Shown: positions 10,165-19,582 of the stretch, piece after piece
Layout of the letters: each line of letters starts with the position of its first letter
Numbering within the stretch: the first letter of the stretch is position 1
Assembly (NCBI GenBank): GCA_030613245.1
Contig: JAUWMI010000003.1
Location: 1,062 to 65,061 of the forward strand
Reading direction: 5' to 3'
From: Candidatus Sumerlaeota bacterium
GTDB taxonomy: Bacteria > Sumerlaeota > Sumerlaeia > MWCT01 > JAUWMI01
Length of the DNA stretch: 64,000 nucleotides
Notes under the pieces: generated by a model
The model's database searches: none
Seen by the model: the letters and a program-made list of their open reading frames with translations, nothing else
What the model was told of the DNA's origin: nothing
Translations under genes and position numbers: made by a program

Positions 10165-11055
10165 TCATTCCAGATTCTGTAATTGCTCGCGGATTTTCTC
10201 GATTTCGTTTTTCATGGTCAATACCAATGGCGCTACCGTCGTGTCGCGTGCTTTGGCCCCGATCGTGTTGGCCTCGCGTAGTAGCTCCTGGGAGAGGAAT
10301 TCGAGTCGCTTTCCTATGGGGTCGCGGCTTTTGGACTGCAGCAGCTTGCGCATCGCGTCGAGATGCGATTTGAGGCGGACCAACTCTTCTGTAATATCGG
10401 ATTTATCGGCATAGAGCAGGACTTCGGCCTCCAGGCGCTCAGACATGAGGGCTGCGCCTGAGGGTAGGATGATCTTTGCCAGGCGGTCGGTCAGATGCCG
10501 GCGGTATTTCTCGATGATTTCATTTTTTCGAGCCCAAAGGGTTTTTTGTGTCTGTTCCAACAGGCGTACCCTGTGGCTAATATCCCCGGCCAGTGCTTTG
10601 CCCTCGGCTTTACGCATGGCTTGTAGCTGACGCAGGGCTTTGCGGGTCGCGGTTTTAATGGCCGGCCAGAGGCGTTCCTTGTCAATGTGCTGTGTGGCGT
10701 GGGTGACGTTGCCGGGCAATTGCAGGAGTGATGCAAGCGGAATTTCCTGCCTGATTTTCAGTCGTTTCTTCAGGGCGGCGAGTTGACGGTAGAGTGACTG
10801 GATTGCATCGGCATTGATCTGGACTGAGGAGAGGGTTCTTGAGCGCTGCTCCCAGCCAATCCAGACGTCTACTTTACCTCGGCGAATCTCAGCCTTGAGA
10901 TGGTCACGCAGCCGGGGCTCGACAAAGCTGAGCACACCGGGGACGCGAAAGTTAAAGTCAAGGTAACGGCTATTATAGGTTTTAATTTCGACTGTTAGTT
11001 GGCCCAGCGGGTGTTTGAGAGTTGCCGAGCCAAAGCCTGTCATACTGCAGATCAC
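10165..11055 (-). CDS. yicC: YicC/YloC family endoribonuclease
   Basis: SMTGFG, DITEELVRLKSH, GKRLEFLSQELLREANTIGAK and IREQLQNLE motifs. Confidence 0.95.
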   Translation of the reverse strand: MICSMTGFGSATLKHPLGQLTVEIKTYNSRYLDFNFRVPGVLSFVEPRLRDHLKAEIRRGKVDVWIGWEQRSRTLSSVQINADAIQSLYRQLAALKKRLKIRQEIPLASLLQLPGNVTHATQHIDKERLWPAIKTATRKALRQLQAMRKAEGKALAGDISHRVRLLEQTQKTLWARKNEIIEKYRRHLTDRLAKIILPSGAALMSERLEAEVLLYADKSDITEELVRLKSHLDAMRKLLQSKSRDPIGKRLEFLSQELLREANTIGAKARDTTVAPLVLTMKNEIEKIREQLQNLE

Positions 11056-11085
11056 TGTGAATCACCTCAGTGTAAGAATTGTTTT

Positions 11086-11148
11086 GTAGGGGCGTTTAAC
11101 TAAACGCCCATTGAGCTGTGTCTGGGGCGTTCAATAGAACGCCCCTAC
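11086..11148. repeat. Inverted pair of GTAG-type REP palindromes (REPIN-like) downstream of RAYT
   Basis: GTAGGGGCGTTTAACTAAACGCCC ... GGGGCGTTCAATAGAACGCCCCTAC. Confidence 0.85.
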
Positions 11149-11172
11149 AATGCGTATCATGGCAAGATGAAT

Positions 11173-11808
11173 TTAACGCCTCTGCTGATAGATATCTTTC
11201 CAATATAGACCATGCTCAAGGTTAAAATTCTTTGATGATGGGTTTTCTCTATCCAGCTCCCAGTTTATGGGATTGTTCTGAATGTATTCCCTAATTCGGG
11301 ACAATTCCTTCTCGTTACGAATAATGTGTTCGTAATAATTACGCTGCAATTTGAAATTTGAAAAACCATTTTTTCTGCACCAATTTGTCAATGCTGTCTT
11401 ATACGTGCGGATTATTACAGACAAGGTGTTCTTCCTTGGGGATATTCTCACATGATGTGTAGGGGCGTTTAAATAAACGCCCCTCGAGCTGTGTGTTGGA
11501 TTACCAGCTGATCTATCAGGGGCGTTCAATAGAACGCCCCTACAATGTGCATCATTTTCAGTAATCATTATTATTCCATGTAGGTGGTTTGGCATGACTA
11601 TAAATTCATCCAATTGGGTATTACCATGGTGCGCTGATATCTCCTGCCAAAACTTGTCTGCTTTCTTTCCTATTGTAGACAAGATAACGATACCTTCTTT
11701 TACATGGCCAAGACTGCAGAAGCTATTGTATGTACAAATTGTTACAAAATATGCACCTGCCTCGGAATAATCATACCCTTTCAGCCGAATAACCTTTCTA
11801 TTTTACAT
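11173..11808 (-). pseudogene. REP-associated tyrosine transposase (RAYT/TnpA-REP, IS200/Y1 HUH family) with a stop at codon 2
   Basis: Minus strand reads ATG TAA then NRKVIRLKGYDYSEAGAYFVTICT..., in frame with ORF 11173-11682, which carries MPNHLHGII and QRNYYEHIIR...YIQNNP. Confidence 0.85.
11459..11543. repeat. REP pair inside the RAYT coding sequence (in frame)
   Basis: GTAGGGGCGTTTAAATAAACGCCCCT ... GGGGCGTTCAATAGAACGCCCCTAC, translated as CRGVLLNAP and RGVYLNAPT. Confidence 0.85.
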
Positions 11809-12021
11809 ATCGCCTCAATAGCTGAAAGAGATCATTTTAGCCAGAGGGATTGCTTGCTAAGTCATTGGCATATTTTGACGAAACACGATACTTCAACTTC
11901 TATAAGTACCGACCCCTAGAATATGCGCTCTCGAATGCAATTCCTCCAGCATGGTGACGCATATCATAAACGATGTTCTTTTAAAAAGTAAAGGGGAATA
12001 TCTTGTTCCTATTTGCTTTTT

Positions 12022-12107
12022 GTAGGGGCGTTTTAATAAACGCCCGATGAATAGGTCCGTCTTGAATTAAGCAGGTGTGTCTGGGGCGTTCAGTAGAACG
12101 CCCCTAC
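12022..12107. repeat. REP pair upstream of RAYT, overlapping the 3' end of the AI-2E gene
   Basis: GTAGGGGCGTTTTAATAAACGCCC ... GGGGCGTTCAGTAGAACGCCCCTAC. Confidence 0.85.
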
Positions 12108-13266
12108 GTTTGGCTTCGCGGAGCTTGTCCCACCAAAATTCTTTGATCAGGATGCGCACGACGCAGGCCACCGGAATTGCTACGATCATCCCCCCCAGTC
12201 CGAAGTAAGCGCCAATCATCAAAGCGAGCAACACGGCCAGGGGATGGAGTTCGCTGTTCTTGCCCACAATGCGGGGCGTGAAAATCATACTGTCAATGGC
12301 CTGGATCAGGGCAAACAGGCCGATTACCTCTGCTGAACCTATCAGCTTATCCGAAAGACTGGGGAAACCGCTGGACGCGAGTACCCAGATGAGCGATGGA
12401 ACTGCCCCAAGCAGAGGTCCAAGGTAGGGAATGATGTTACCGATGCCAGCCACGACGCCAATAAGAATGGCATACTTCTTCAGGCCGATAAGCAGCAGGC
12501 CAATCGTGGTCAGCAGTCCTACAAGGCAGCAAATAGTCAACTGGCCCCGCAAAAACCCACCAACTGCCTCATCAATCCGGTTGAGAATGCTGAATACTCG
12601 TTCTTCGTGCTTCGTCGGGATAACTGTTGATACCAGACCCTTGATCTTATGGAAATCCAGCAGGAAGTAAAAATTGATTATGACCACAAGAATCACGAAT
12701 GAGGTCAACGAGAAAAATAATCCGAATCCGGCGGCCACTCTTTTGGCCACCGCACCTGCTACAGAGACTCCCTCTGCGGCTGCGCCGTGCAGTCCCGGAA
12801 GCATGGCGCCGAGAACGCTGCGAAGATCAGTTCCCAGGGATTCTAATGTGTCTGTGATCTTCTGCATTTGCGCTTCGTTCAGTGTGATATCGTATCTCTT
12901 CATGAGCGTGTTGAGCTGAGCCGGTATGACTTCGCTGAGGCGCTTAATGAGTTCGCTGATCTGATGGTAGAGATTGGGTAGTAAGAAGAGCATGAACGCG
13001 GCGATCAACAGCAGAATGATGACGTAGAATGTGACAAGACCCAGGATGCGCGAGAGTTTGAGCCGCTGCTGAACGAACGTCACAATGGGATTAAAAAGGT
13101 AGGCAATAATCAATGCGACGCAGAACGGTGCCAGGATGTTGGCAATTATGCGCAAAACAGGGCTGAGCTGCACCAGTGCATACACTGCAACGGCGATGAT
13201 AAGCATGTATCCGATCACGAGCAGCGTTTTCTTTAGCTTCGTATCAAGATCAGGTATGCTTCCCAT
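12067..13266 (-). CDS. AI-2E family transporter
   Basis: AYLFNPIV, GFLRGQL, IPYLGP, PRIVG...LHP and GMIVAIP motifs; multiple TM helices. Confidence 0.9.
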   Translation of the reverse strand: MGSIPDLDTKLKKTLLVIGYMLIIAVAVYALVQLSPVLRIIANILAPFCVALIIAYLFNPIVTFVQQRLKLSRILGLVTFYVIILLLIAAFMLFLLPNLYHQISELIKRLSEVIPAQLNTLMKRYDITLNEAQMQKITDTLESLGTDLRSVLGAMLPGLHGAAAEGVSVAGAVAKRVAAGFGLFFSLTSFVILVVIINFYFLLDFHKIKGLVSTVIPTKHEERVFSILNRIDEAVGGFLRGQLTICCLVGLLTTIGLLLIGLKKYAILIGVVAGIGNIIPYLGPLLGAVPSLIWVLASSGFPSLSDKLIGSAEVIGLFALIQAIDSMIFTPRIVGKNSELHPLAVLLALMIGAYFGLGGMIVAIPVACVVRILIKEFWWDKLREAKRRGVLLNAPDTPA

Positions 13267-13513
13267 GGGTTTGTCCTTCCATTATGAAGCGGACGAGCGA
13301 GTAGTCTATGGTGCGTCTCCTGACGCTTCTTCGCCATCAGCGTGAACAGACACAGTCTGGCAAAGCCTGCGGAAGAGCGCAATTCTTTTCTACACGGAGG
13401 GATGGCTGTAGAAGAAGGGGGTGAGGATTGGCGTCCATCAGGTTCGGCACTGCAAGGCGTCCCATGGCGGAGATGAAGGCGAAACGCCTTAACGACCGTT
13501 GCAGGGGGTTTGA

Positions 13514-14509
13514 CTAATCAAACCCCCTCTCATCTTCATCGGCTTCATCGAGGGAGGAGTAGATGCGTTCTTCTTCCTCCCAGACGCGCAGTTGTTCCCG
13601 GCGCTCGCGCTGTTTTCTAATGTAGGCGAGGATGAACAGAAGCGCGACGAGAAACCACAATACGGAGGTGCTGGTGAGCACGAGCAGCCAGTTCTTGAAT
13701 ATACTGCCGAGCGAGCGCTGCCACGCCGTTTCTAAGCCGTCGCGCATCATGGGATCCCAGAGACGCTCGATCAGGCGTGGGCCGAGTTTCGAGTCGGCCA
13801 GGTCGAGCAGGAAGCCATCGAGCCCCTTGTCGGCATAGGCGCGTTTGATCAGGAAGTTAATTATGGAATAGCTCTGTAGGTAGGCGAGGTGGAGTTGACG
13901 GCCGTCCTGAGGGAATGTGGCCACGAGCTGGCGAAATGGGATAAGCGTGCCGAAAATACGAGCCCAGGTGAGGGTAAGCGAACCGCCGAACGACCGTTGG
14001 CCGGCGAGATGCATGGCAAGGCCTTCGTCAGCCCAGCGCGGTAAACGTGCCGGAAGCTTGCGCCCGAGAAAGAGGTGTGCATATTCGTGGACGAGGGTCT
14101 TGCGGACTTGCGATGCAGGAAGTGAATGGATCTTTTCGGCATTCAGGTAGATTGTTAGGGTCTTAGATACAGCGGCGGCGACAATGCTTTCACTGGCGAA
14201 ATTGGTGCGCGATTGAAATTCCTTTTGCGTGCGGCAAATGACGAGCCGGGTTTGCTCCCGAAATGAAACAGCAGTGCGTTTGAAAATCCGAATGCGCGCT
14301 TGCTCTGCCATTTCAAGCATGCCACGAGCGAGCGGCTCGTTTGACTGCGGAAAGACGACGGTGAAGTTTTCCGATCTGAGCTCGCGTTGCTCTTGCGCGC
14401 CAAGGTCGCTGGTGCCCAGCATCCCGGCTGAGTGCAAAAGAGACAGAAGCCACAGGAATAACACTAGCCGAAGCAGCGGCGCATAATATGGTTTTCGGTT
14501 GATGAACAT
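13514..14509 (-). CDS. Peptidase MA-family (gluzincin-like) metalloprotease with C-terminal TM
   Basis: HEYAH motif followed by PRWADEGLA; N-terminal signal peptide; AYLQS. Confidence 0.8.
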   Translation of the reverse strand: MFINRKPYYAPLLRLVLFLWLLSLLHSAGMLGTSDLGAQEQRELRSENFTVVFPQSNEPLARGMLEMAEQARIRIFKRTAVSFREQTRLVICRTQKEFQSRTNFASESIVAAAVSKTLTIYLNAEKIHSLPASQVRKTLVHEYAHLFLGRKLPARLPRWADEGLAMHLAGQRSFGGSLTLTWARIFGTLIPFRQLVATFPQDGRQLHLAYLQSYSIINFLIKRAYADKGLDGFLLDLADSKLGPRLIERLWDPMMRDGLETAWQRSLGSIFKNWLLVLTSTSVLWFLVALLFILAYIRKQRERREQLRVWEEEERIYSSLDEADEDERGFD

Positions 14510-14621
14510 AAATAATCACGCTTGAGAAATTATTTGCAGGGCAAAAGCATTTGCCGCACTCTGCCGCTTATCATGCACACATACATGGGTTACCCTAACG
14601 AATGAGGGTAGAGATTGTAAA

Positions 14622-14894
14622 CAGGTTTTCGTCACGATGCGATCTGGAGGCGCTATCTTTATGCTCACACTGAACAAGGTATGTTGCACAGGCAAGGATG
14701 CCTGTGCCACCAATTACAATGGGCAATGCAAGAGGAAATACGTGAAAATGAAAAAATTAAAAATGGTAGAACAGGCTTCCAGCCTGTTATCAGGTTTTCG
14801 TCACGATGCGATCTGGAAGCGCTATTTTTATGCTCACACTGAACAAGGTATGCTGCACAGGCAAGGATGCCTGTGCCACCAATTACAATGGGCA
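14622..14894. repeat. 104-bp direct repeat x2 containing a REP-like palindrome
   Basis: 14622-14725 vs 14791-14894 differ at 3 positions; each contains CACAGGCAAGGATGCCTGTGCCACC. Confidence 0.9.
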
Positions 14895-14903
14895 TGGTAG
14901 TAC

Positions 14904-16592
14904 TCATAGCTTATAGATTTTAATAATCGGGCCTGAGGAGCGAAATTTTTCAGGTGCGAATTGGCGCAACAGGGTGGTCTGGTCGTCGAGGCGCTGATAG
15001 AAGGCCTTGACGTTTTCAAATCCTGTGCCGCGGTACTCAAAGAATCGCTGATACATATAGCTACTGGTGATCACGTGGGTGATACCAGCGGCATGCAGAT
15101 CAGAGAGATGGGGGACGGTTTGCTCTGAAGTTTTGCCGTCAATGATCAGGGCGGGAAAGGCGATAAAGTGCGAAGTGTATTGCGGTGCACCTTCGTTGTA
15201 ACGAAGTGCTTTGGAGAAATAGAGGCCGCTTTCACCTGCTGCTTCCTGTTCCTGAGCGAGCTCCCTATATACCGCGTCGCTAAACCGAATAGCAGGGTAA
15301 TAATGGAAGTAAAATGGGCCATCTATGAGCAGCGTGGCTGTGGCAGGGATGTTTTGTTCGATCCATTTCCCGGCTTGCATTCTGGTGTCAGTGCCGAGGA
15401 GAGTGACGTCATAGGGAACAATTCGAGATAGCTGCCACACGACAATTGTAATGACCAGCAGAGTCCGAATCCGTGGTTTGAACCAGGGGAACGCGGTGAG
15501 TCCTCGTGCAGCAATCACAGAGCAGAGCGGCGTGACCATTGTAATGTACTGGTAGTCAAGGTGGTGCGAGAGCGCTAGCATGAGCAGATAGACGAATAGG
15601 AAGACGAAGATGAGCACGAAGGGCGGCTGGCGTTTTGCGAGCAGTGCGAAGGTGGCTACAACGATAAGGAGCAATAGTATCCAGCCGTATTCCTTCAACA
15701 TGGTCAGGGCCAGAAAGCCTATGCCCGATTGTTGCTCGTAGCCCAGAACGATCTTCTTCCCGGTAATCTGTTCCAGGATCATTGTGTGGCGGAGTTCGCG
15801 CAGGAAATCTAGCGGATGCAGAAGCGCGTAGGGTGTGCCGAGTAGGAATGCGAAAAGCACGGCGCCAATGGCGAGGAGGAGGCGAGCGTCCGCAGGCTGA
15901 AGAGCGAAGCTCGCATGCGCATGGTTTGATTGTTTTCGCACGAAGAAGTGTGCAACCAGAAGAAAGAGCAAAGCCGGAGCAGCGTTGTATTTCGTTGAAA
16001 CAGCAAAGCCAATGGCCAGGCCGCACCAGAGGTAGGCCCACGGTGTGGGTGTCTTGAGGATACGCAGCGCTCCGAGCAGTGCCAGGCTGACAAAGAGCGC
16101 GGCCAGAATGTCCGTCTTGGCGTAATGCGCGTATTGAATTGACAACACCGCAACTGCCATGAATGCGGCGGCAAGCAGACCAGTGCGTTGATCTGCCACG
16201 CGTTTGCCGATCCAATAGACCACGATGATTTGCAGCGTACCGGCAAGTGCGGACGTAAGACGTGCCAGCAGATAGAAAAGCGAGGGATTCACGAAAAAGA
16301 GGCGTTCAAATGCAGAAATAGTTAGAACAATCCCAAGGAGCTTGAGGAAGATAAACGCCGCTGTATATTCGACGAACAGGACGATATTGTATAGCGTCGG
16401 TTTGTTCAGGTGTCGGGGCTTGAGATCGCCGCTTGAAAATTTGAGCGCTTTCGAGACGTTATCAATTTCGTCGGACGCAAGGTAGCCGGGATTTGGGAGT
16501 CCGTATCCGATACCGACCACGCGAAGACCCAGACCGAGGATGATGATTCCCAGAAGAAGTACAAGTGTCTTATGCTGTGCAAGGCTCGCCAC
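14904..16592 (-). CDS. GT-C fold glycosyltransferase (ArnT/PMT_2, family 39-like)
   Basis: DE motif in first loop, KPTLY, LARLTSAL and STKYNA; many TM helices. Confidence 0.85.
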   Translation of the reverse strand: MASLAQHKTLVLLLGIIILGLGLRVVGIGYGLPNPGYLASDEIDNVSKALKFSSGDLKPRHLNKPTLYNIVLFVEYTAAFIFLKLLGIVLTISAFERLFFVNPSLFYLLARLTSALAGTLQIIVVYWIGKRVADQRTGLLAAAFMAVAVLSIQYAHYAKTDILAALFVSLALLGALRILKTPTPWAYLWCGLAIGFAVSTKYNAAPALLFLLVAHFFVRKQSNHAHASFALQPADARLLLAIGAVLFAFLLGTPYALLHPLDFLRELRHTMILEQITGKKIVLGYEQQSGIGFLALTMLKEYGWILLLLIVVATFALLAKRQPPFVLIFVFLFVYLLMLALSHHLDYQYITMVTPLCSVIAARGLTAFPWFKPRIRTLLVITIVVWQLSRIVPYDVTLLGTDTRMQAGKWIEQNIPATATLLIDGPFYFHYYPAIRFSDAVYRELAQEQEAAGESGLYFSKALRYNEGAPQYTSHFIAFPALIIDGKTSEQTVPHLSDLHAAGITHVITSSYMYQRFFEYRGTGFENVKAFYQRLDDQTTLLRQFAPEKFRSSGPIIKIYKL

Positions 16593-16804
16593 GAATTATG
16601 TACATTCCTGAATCAGTAGTGCGAGTTGCTCCTGCTTGGATAACGCGCCGGAGGCGCATAAACGCATACAATCCCGTTTATGCAAAGAAGCCGGAGGAAA
16701 GGCAAGGGGAAAAAATCAGATGGGTGTGGAGTGATTTATGCGCCTACGGCGCATTCACGTCGTGGCGTCGTGGTTTGATAGTTCTTTTTGTTAGGTGCTA
16801 TTAG

Positions 16805-17048
16805 TCTGTGTTAATCTGTGTTCATCTGTGGTTTCAATATATGTTAATATCGCAACCGCTGATACACGCAGATACACGCGGATTTTGTAGGGGCACGCCG
16901 CTGCGTGCCCCTACCTTATAAATCTCTGTGTCTCTGCGTCTCTGTGGCTGTTTTTTACCACGGAGCATGCGCAAGGCCGATGGAGCAACGTAATTGTTGC
17001 AAAATATAAGAATTCGTGTTGACTTTTTGGAAGGCATGATAATAGCAT
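16805..17048 (+). repeat. Composite repeat element, copy 1 (10-bp and 8-bp periodic tracts, GTAG palindrome, promoter-like end)
   Basis: Near-identical to 17897-18048 and 18150-18273; contains GTAGGGGCACGCCGCTGCGTGCCCCTAC at 16887-16914. Confidence 0.85.
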
Positions 17049-17124
17049 TAGGACGAAAAATTGGAAGATTAGAGACAGCAAGCTCATTTCTTAAATCATG
17101 GGTAAGGTGTGGGAAGCTAAAGAC

Positions 17125-17307
17125 ATGATACAAAAAATTGTGACCAAACGTAGCTTGCGAGATTCTCGTTCCAAGAATCATGACCTGGCCTATTGGATGG
17201 GCAAGAGCCCCGAGGAACGAGTAGCCACTGTAGACTATTTGCGAAGGCAGTACTATGGAAGTTCAGCCAGACTTCAGAGATCTGCTCGGGTTGTTCAACG
17301 TACATAA
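17125..17307 (+). CDS. Small protein, putative partner/antitoxin of the downstream nucleotidyltransferase
   Basis: DLAYW..KSPEERV...LRRQ; overlaps the next gene in a two-gene module. Confidence 0.6.
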   Translation: MIQKIVTKRSLRDSRSKNHDLAYWMGKSPEERVATVDYLRRQYYGSSARLQRSARVVQRT

Positions 17308-17701
17308 AGTTGAATATATGATTGTAGGGGCCTATGCGCTAGCCTTTCACGGGGTGCCGCGTTTTACTGGTGATCTTGACATTTTTATCAAACCCGATTC
17401 TGAAAACGCTCGGCGCATTTTGCAGGCGCTCGACGAATTTGGTTTTAAATCTGTTGGTCTGACCTTAGAGGATTTTCAGAGCACCGACAAGGTTGTCCAA
17501 CTCGGCGTTCCTCCGGTTCGTGTAGATATCATAACATCTCTGACTGGTGTCTCATGGGAAGAGGCGTTTTCAGGCAGAGCTGAAGGTAAATACGGAGATA
17601 CGCCAGTTTACTACATTGGGCGTGAACAGTTCATTGCGAACAAACGTGCCATGGGAAGAAAGAGAGATTTTGCTGACTTAGAAGCTCTTGGTGAAGAGTG
17701 A
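17255..17701 (+). CDS. Nucleotidyltransferase-fold protein (DUF6036-like)
   Basis: VGAYALAFHGVPRFTGDLDIF and NKRAMGR.RD.ADL motifs. Confidence 0.8.
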   Translation: MEVQPDFRDLLGLFNVHKVEYMIVGAYALAFHGVPRFTGDLDIFIKPDSENARRILQALDEFGFKSVGLTLEDFQSTDKVVQLGVPPVRVDIITSLTGVSWEEAFSGRAEGKYGDTPVYYIGREQFIANKRAMGRKRDFADLEALGEE

Positions 17702-17896
17702 TGTCGCGAGTTCAGGGTTCGGTAAACAGAGCGCTCCAAAGCTTAAAGGCTCCCTTCTAAAGCGGCTACGAACTTCCCTACCTTCCTCCCAGCGGCTATA
17801 AATTCCAACCCCGCTGGTAGAATACATCCATCCATTTCAATTTCCTGCAATGTGTAATTACGCCACAGAGACACGGAGTGTGTGCATAAGTTTTAA

Positions 17897-18273
17897 TCCG
17901 TGTTCATCTGTGTTCATCTGTGGTTTCAATATATGTTAATGTCGCAACCGCTGAAGCACGCAGATACACACGGATTTTGTAGGGGCACGCCGCTGCGTGC
18001 CCCTACCATATAAATCTCTGTGTCTCTGCGCCTCTGTGGCTGTTTTTCTTACATATCACCACGGAGTCACGGAGTAGGTACAAAAGTTTTAATCCGTGTT
18101 CATCTGTGTTAATCTGTGGTTTCAATCTGATCTATTTGTGATTTATATCTCCGTGTCTCTGCGCCTCCGTGGCTGTTTTTTACCACGCAGCATGCGCAAG
18201 GCCGAAAGAGTAGGCCAATTGGTGAAAAATACGAGAGTCGAGCTTGACTTTTTGGGGGCTATAATAATAAGTT
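17897..18273 (+). repeat. Composite repeat element, copy 2 (partly internally duplicated)
   Basis: Matches 16805-17048; GTAG palindrome at 17979-18006; ends with TTGACT-18 bp-TAAGTT. Confidence 0.85.
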
Positions 18274-18476
18274 TATAATCGCATAATTGGTTGAATTACC
18301 GTGAATTGCTGCGCTTGGGTATGAAGAGTGGTTTTCCCTGAAGAAATCCCCATTGGTGCATATTGGTGATTTGAGTGAAATTAAGGATCACGCAGCTTCA
18401 GGCGTTCACCTGAGTTAGACAGCATAAAATGAATCGTTTGTAGAATCGTTTAGGCCGGATAATCAGAGGTAAGGTT

Positions 18477-18953
18477 TTGTGGAGAACATTCAGCAACATG
18501 AATGGCGGTGATGTCATGGTATTCAAAGCAAGAAGGTTGCGCCTTTTTGCGGTGGTTATGGCAATCTGTTGGATTGTTGGTGGGATTACTTATTTGTTTC
18601 GCGGCGATAACGGAGATTGTGTGTTATTCTTGAGGTATATATCTTCTTACACAATCTTGGGCGTCGCTTATAGCGCCATTATGATTATTGGAACTATTGG
18701 TGAGCATATCGTTCTGACGGCAGACGCAGTCCAGGGTGCAGAACACTCCTCTTTCTGGAAAGCGAGAAGAATCTCAGTATCATTAAACTCGATCGATTTG
18801 TCCAAAAGCGATAAAGGGTCGTTTTGGAGAAACGCTGTTATAGTGACATCTGATGGCCATAAGATAACCATAGCTTCTTATCTCGGCAGGAAGCAGGTGG
18901 ATAAGATATTTAAAGAACTGGAGCAAAGACTTGCCAGTAAATCTTCTGCCTGA
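18477..18953 (+). CDS. Hypothetical membrane protein (2 TM plus small soluble domain); start uncertain
   Basis: ORF with two hydrophobic segments in an accessory context. Confidence 0.55.
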   Translation: MWRTFSNMNGGDVMVFKARRLRLFAVVMAICWIVGGITYLFRGDNGDCVLFLRYISSYTILGVAYSAIMIIGTIGEHIVLTADAVQGAEHSSFWKARRISVSLNSIDLSKSDKGSFWRNAVIVTSDGHKITIASYLGRKQVDKIFKELEQRLASKSSA

Positions 18954-19037
18954 AAAGACGATCTTTGTGTAAAGAAAGCCACTGAGGCACGGAGGCTGTC
19001 TCTTAATAAATACTATTCGGCAAGGAGAGAGGATCAT

Positions 19038-19475
19038 ATGGCGGTGATGAAAAAGGTAACACCGGCGAAGATGTTTATGGGTAAGCTCACGTATGGTGCT
19101 GATTTGCTGGAGGAGCTCACTGAACTTTGCAGAAGGGAAAACATTCACCTCGGGCGTGTGGAGGCGCTGGGAGCGGTTTCGCGAGTGCGTCTTGCATTCT
19201 ACGATCAGCAGACGCGCGAGTACCAATTCTTTGAACTGGATCAGCCGCTGGAAATTACCAAGCTCGTTGGCAATGTTTCAATAAAGGATGGAAAACCCAT
19301 GGTGCATGCGCACGTCACCCTGGCGGACGAGGCTGGAAAAGCCTTTGGTGGGCATCTCGCACCGGGGACAATAGTTTTCGCTTGCGAATTCATCTTGCAA
19401 GCGTTTGAAGGGCCGGTGTTTGAAAGGGGATTTGACGAACAGACCGGCCTGCCTTTGTGGACAATGTCAGAGTGA
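19038..19475 (+). CDS. PPC domain (DUF296) protein
   Basis: ALGAV, LEITKLVGNVS, HAHVTL and GGHL motifs. Confidence 0.9.
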   Translation: MAVMKKVTPAKMFMGKLTYGADLLEELTELCRRENIHLGRVEALGAVSRVRLAFYDQQTREYQFFELDQPLEITKLVGNVSIKDGKPMVHAHVTLADEAGKAFGGHLAPGTIVFACEFILQAFEGPVFERGFDEQTGLPLWTMSE

Positions 19476-19490
19476 AGGGGTATGAATAAT

Positions 19491-19566
19491 GGCGAACGGC
19501 AAGGTGCAGCTGCCTTGGTATTCCGCGTCGCTCCATACCAAGCAGCTGAGCTGCTGATCGTTCGGC
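19491..19566 (+). mobile_element. Integron attC site
   Basis: R'' GGCGAAC ... long hairpin CAGCTG-CTTGGTAT/ATACCAAG-CAGCTG ... R' GTTCGGC. Confidence 0.8.
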
Positions 19567-19582
19567 CTGAGGAGAGCAATAA

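Noticed and set aside
17720..17745. Possible attC left arm after the nucleotidyltransferase (GGTAAACAGAGCGCTCC)
   Set aside because: R'' box is non-canonical and no matching right arm was found.
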